This document shows, piece after piece, positions 60,996 to 64,000 of a DNA stretch of 64,000 nucleotides. The notes beneath the pieces are model-generated. The model ran no database searches. It had not been told where the DNA came from and saw nothing but the letters and a program-made list of their open reading frames with translations. Both the position numbers and the translations under genes were made by a program. Source of the DNA: an uncultured Verrucomicrobiota bacterium (GTDB lineage: Bacteria; Verrucomicrobiota; Verrucomicrobiia; Limisphaerales; UBA9464); assembly GCA_903925515.1 (NCBI GenBank), contig CAIYFP010000462.1, positions 1,358 through 65,357 of the forward strand, read 5' to 3'. Position 1 is the stretch's first letter. The number at the start of each line of letters is the position of its first letter.

Positions 60996-63857
60996 ATGAC
61001 GCGACACCATTCCCCTCAAGGTCGCGCCGCCCTCCTCGCCCTTGCGGCGGGAGCCATGGCGGCGTCTGCGCGAGCCGAGACGCTCTTCTCGGACAACTTC
61101 GACACGGACACCTCGGCCGCATGGGACATGCGCGTGGGCGTGTTCACCGCCGGCGACACCGACTACAAGGTGGACTGGGCCTTCGACTACGGGGCGCAGA
61201 CCTACAACCTGTTCGCCGGGCCCCTCGACACGACAGGGCAAACGCTGAACGTGCCGCCCGCGCCGAACTCCAACGGCACCGCCAAGGGCGTCAAGCTCAC
61301 GGTCAACAAGGACGACCTCGGCGCGCGCGTCGTCGTCAACTTGTATCCCAAGAACCAGAACTTCAGCGGCAACTACGTCCTGAAGTTCGACATGTTCATG
61401 AACCACGGCTCATGGGGCGACCTGGGCGGCTCCACCACGGAGAACGCATGGTTCGGGATCAACCACACCGGAGCGGGCCCGAACTGGGCGGTGTTCGCGG
61501 GCAACGGACTCAGCTCGGCCTTCGCGGCGCCCATCGCGGGCGCGGACAAGAGCGACGGATTGTTCTTCACGGTGACCTGCGACGGCGGCGGCGCGAAGGA
61601 CCTGTGGGCGCTCGCGGGCGACGCCGCCGGACGGCCCGCCGTGTTGTTTGGCGACGCCGGGGGCATCCTCGACCTCGACAAGGACACCTTCCCGGACCAC
61701 GGCGACGAGCAGGGCAACTTCCAGGGCACGTTCACGTCGCCCCCGTTCGAGGCGCCCGGAATCCTCGCCAAGCGATGGGTCCCCGTGGAGGTGTCGCAGA
61801 TCGACGACATCATCACGTTGAAGCTGAACGGGCAGGTCTTCTCACGTTACACCAACTCCACCCCGTGGAAGTCCGGCACCGTGATGGTGGGCTACGCCGA
61901 CATCTTCAACTCGATCGCCGCGTTGCTGGACGAGAACTGGGTGTTGTTTGACAACGTGCGCGTCGAGCGCGTGCGCAAGATCGTGGTGGACACGGCCGAC
62001 AACGACAGCCCCGCGACCGACGGCAAGACGTCCCTGCTCGAGGCCCTGCAAGGCTTGCAGGAGAACGACATCATCGCCTTCAACATCCCCGGGGCCGGGC
62101 CGCACGTGATCCAGACCCCTCTCGGCGGCTACCCGCTCATCAGCAAGGCGGGCGTCGTCATCGATGGGTACACCCAGCCCGGCGCCGCCCCCAACTCCAA
62201 TGGAATCCTCGCCGGCAACAATGCCCAGCTGAGGATCGTGCTCGACTCCAGCTCCGACGACTCCGGGCCGGGAACCCTCCCCGCCCGACGTTCCACACGC
62301 CTGCCGTTCCCCGGCTACGGCGACTCCGAGAACGCCATCCTCGGCGTCTATGAGGCCGACGACGTCACCATCCGAGGCCTTGGCTTCCGCAGCCGCCACA
62401 CCCCGGGCAGCGACGAGGACCCGTCCATCTACTGCATCGCCCTCGTGAAGCAGGCGGAGCGTTGCAAGGTCCAGGGCAACTGGTTTGGGCTCGCCCCCGA
62501 CGGCAAGACGGTCTCGGGCTCCGCGTCCGCCGTCGCCGCGTTCCGCCATCGCGTCAACGTGGGCGGCGTGAACGTCGATACCTTCTCGGAGGCCTTGACG
62601 TTCGGGACCGACTCGGATGGCGTGAACGACAACGCCGAGTTCAACATCGCCACCGGCATGCACATCGCCCTCGCGTTGGAACTGCCCTACGCGCGCACCA
62701 GCGGCAATTACTTCAACACGCTCGCCGACGGAAAAACGTTCGTCGCCCCCGATGTCACCCACCAGGCGCAGCTCGACGCCGGCCGGTCCGCAGGCGACTC
62801 CTCCGTGGAAACCTACGAGAACGGCCGCAACACCATCGGGTCCGTCATCGGCACCGACGGGAACGGCGTCAACGACGGCAACGAGCGTAACGTCATGGGC
62901 CACGTCAACTACGCCCATGCCATCGAGTTCTACAGCAATGCCCAGTCGGTAAAGGTCGCCGGCAACTACTTCGGCGTCGCCATCGATGGCGTCACGCTTG
63001 CGCCCCCCTCCGAGCTCCGGCCGGGCTCCGACTTCCTCTCGGTGCCGGGCACGGCCAGCGTGGTCGTCGGGCTCAACGGCGACCGCAAGGGCGACGACGT
63101 CGAGGGCAACCGCATCCAGGGCATCGGTGGACTCAAGTTCTTCAAGGGCTCGGCCACGTCGTGGGTCGCGGCGCGGGGCAATGTGCTCCTCGGCAATGGC
63201 TTCGATGGATTCCCATTCCCGGATGCCTCGCCCACGTGGGAGGCCTACTACGTGGACGCCGTCGTCGATCCTGCGGCGGTCTCGCCGGCCGTCACCGGGT
63301 TCGCCAACGACGAGGTCAGCGGCACCGTTCCCGCCCCCAAGGGTGATCCCTTCACCTTCCACGTGGTGGACATCTACGTGGCGGACCCGGCCTCGCCGAA
63401 CGTTTCGGCCTTGATCCCCGGCACGTGGATCGCCTCCGGCCGCGAAGGCCAGGAGGGCGAGGACCTCGACCCCGAGGCCAACAAGTTCCGGTTCAAGGTT
63501 CCGGCCGGGTCCGTCCCCGGCGGTTCCAAGCTCGTCGCCGTCGTCACCTATGCTCAGGACCTCGCGGACTTCGGCGCCGGCGTCACCACCACGGTGTCCC
63601 TGCCGGGCCGTTCCATCACCGGCCCTGCGGGCCCCGGCTTCGCCGTCGCCGGCGGTGCACCCATCACGGACGTGAAGGCCACGCTCGATGCCGGGTCCAT
63701 CAAGGTCACGGTCACGGGCGGCACCGGGCCGTTCCAGTTGCAGCGCCGTGCCACCTTGGGCGGCACATGGGCCAACGAGGGGGCGCCGTTCGCCGGTCCA
63801 TCCACCACCGTCCCCGCCTCGGGCACGGAAGGTTACTTCCGCGTCGTTGGGCAGTAG
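60996..63857 (+). CDS. large secreted protein: N-terminal LamG/concanavalin-like region + probable parallel beta-helix repeats
   Basis: ATG at 60996 gives MTRHHSPQGRAALLALAAGAMAASARA. ETLFSDNFDTD...WVLFDNVRVERV brackets a LamG-like jelly-roll pattern. The middle has repetitive G/N/D-rich ~25-aa units (e.g. NWFGLAPDGKT, GNYFNTLADGKT, GNYFGVAIDGVT). C-terminal module ...FQLQRRATLGGTW....GYFRVVGQ. Confidence 0.65.
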   Translation: MTRHHSPQGRAALLALAAGAMAASARAETLFSDNFDTDTSAAWDMRVGVFTAGDTDYKVDWAFDYGAQTYNLFAGPLDTTGQTLNVPPAPNSNGTAKGVKLTVNKDDLGARVVVNLYPKNQNFSGNYVLKFDMFMNHGSWGDLGGSTTENAWFGINHTGAGPNWAVFAGNGLSSAFAAPIAGADKSDGLFFTVTCDGGGAKDLWALAGDAAGRPAVLFGDAGGILDLDKDTFPDHGDEQGNFQGTFTSPPFEAPGILAKRWVPVEVSQIDDIITLKLNGQVFSRYTNSTPWKSGTVMVGYADIFNSIAALLDENWVLFDNVRVERVRKIVVDTADNDSPATDGKTSLLEALQGLQENDIIAFNIPGAGPHVIQTPLGGYPLISKAGVVIDGYTQPGAAPNSNGILAGNNAQLRIVLDSSSDDSGPGTLPARRSTRLPFPGYGDSENAILGVYEADDVTIRGLGFRSRHTPGSDEDPSIYCIALVKQAERCKVQGNWFGLAPDGKTVSGSASAVAAFRHRVNVGGVNVDTFSEALTFGTDSDGVNDNAEFNIATGMHIALALELPYARTSGNYFNTLADGKTFVAPDVTHQAQLDAGRSAGDSSVETYENGRNTIGSVIGTDGNGVNDGNERNVMGHVNYAHAIEFYSNAQSVKVAGNYFGVAIDGVTLAPPSELRPGSDFLSVPGTASVVVGLNGDRKGDDVEGNRIQGIGGLKFFKGSATSWVAARGNVLLGNGFDGFPFPDASPTWEAYYVDAVVDPAAVSPAVTGFANDEVSGTVPAPKGDPFTFHVVDIYVADPASPNVSALIPGTWIASGREGQEGEDLDPEANKFRFKVPAGSVPGGSKLVAVVTYAQDLADFGAGVTTTVSLPGRSITGPAGPGFAVAGGAPITDVKATLDAGSIKVTVTGGTGPFQLQRRATLGGTWANEGAPFAGPSTTVPASGTEGYFRVVGQ

Positions 63858-63904
63858 GCCCTTGCACGGCCCGGTTTGCCGCGTCGGCGAACACGGGCAA
63901 CATG

Positions 63905-63935
63905 GGGCCCATGGTGTTCGAGCCATGGGCCCTTT
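63905..63935 (+). terminator. 10-bp perfect hairpin (weak U-tract) after the large secreted-protein gene
   Basis: GGGCCCATGG (63905-14), loop TGTTCGAG, CCATGGGCCC (63923-32), then TTT. It lies 8 nt before the next ATG. Confidence 0.4.
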
Positions 63936-63942
63936 CCCCGTC

Positions 63943-64000
63943 ATGAAGAGCAATCACTTGTCCCGGCGGCCCGCCCCGGGCGCCGGTTTCACGCTGATCG
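63943..64000 (+). CDS. prepilin-type N-terminal methylation-domain protein (5' fragment, runs off window)
   Basis: ATG at 63943: MKSNHLSRRPAPGAGFTLI..., the same G-FTLIE leader as the genes at 24832 and 28556. Confidence 0.6.
   Translation, partial: MKSNHLSRRPAPGAGFTLI

Overview
Visibly GC-rich bacterial chromosomal window. I call about 47 protein genes and recognise no rRNA, tRNA, CRISPR array or mobile element. Gene content suggests the PVC superphylum, most likely Verrucomicrobiota and possibly Planctomycetota (inference). The supporting genes are three prepilin-type DUF1559 or H-X9-DG-like genes, two DUF1549/DUF1553 + DUF1501 pairs, a PEP-CTERM protein, a YXWGXW protein, a CotH kinase, and many large secreted LamG/FG-GAP/CBM-like proteins.

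Housekeeping genes recognised: nadE, dnaG, hisD-hisC, purD, rmuC, acnA, and a ribosomal str/S10 block (rpsL-rpsG-fusA-rpsJ-rplC-rplD-rplW). The ribosomal block lacks tuf and stops after rplW.

Items worth follow-up:
1. A sigma-54 two-component module divergent from a good TGGCAT-N5-TAGCA promoter that drives an orphan CheY-like receiver.
2. A secreted CotH kinase with three EF-hand loops.
3. A thiS / hscB-like / erpA / lplA-family string appended to hisDC.
4. Convergent paralogous DUF1549/1553 + DUF1501 pairs, one carrying a roughly 135-aa insertion.
5. An m5C RNA methyltransferase with a roughly 390-aa Arg/Gly/Pro-rich repeat extension.
6. A 3 x 687-bp in-frame tandem-repeat surface protein.
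7. An identical 12-nt leader motif at the rpsG and rpsJ start codons.
8. About 760 bp of unassigned sequence upstream of acnA.

I found no clear defence system, retroelement or prophage. No candidate here is an established novel system; all are hypotheses to test. Many very long ORFs in the track are antisense or off-frame artefacts of the high GC content.
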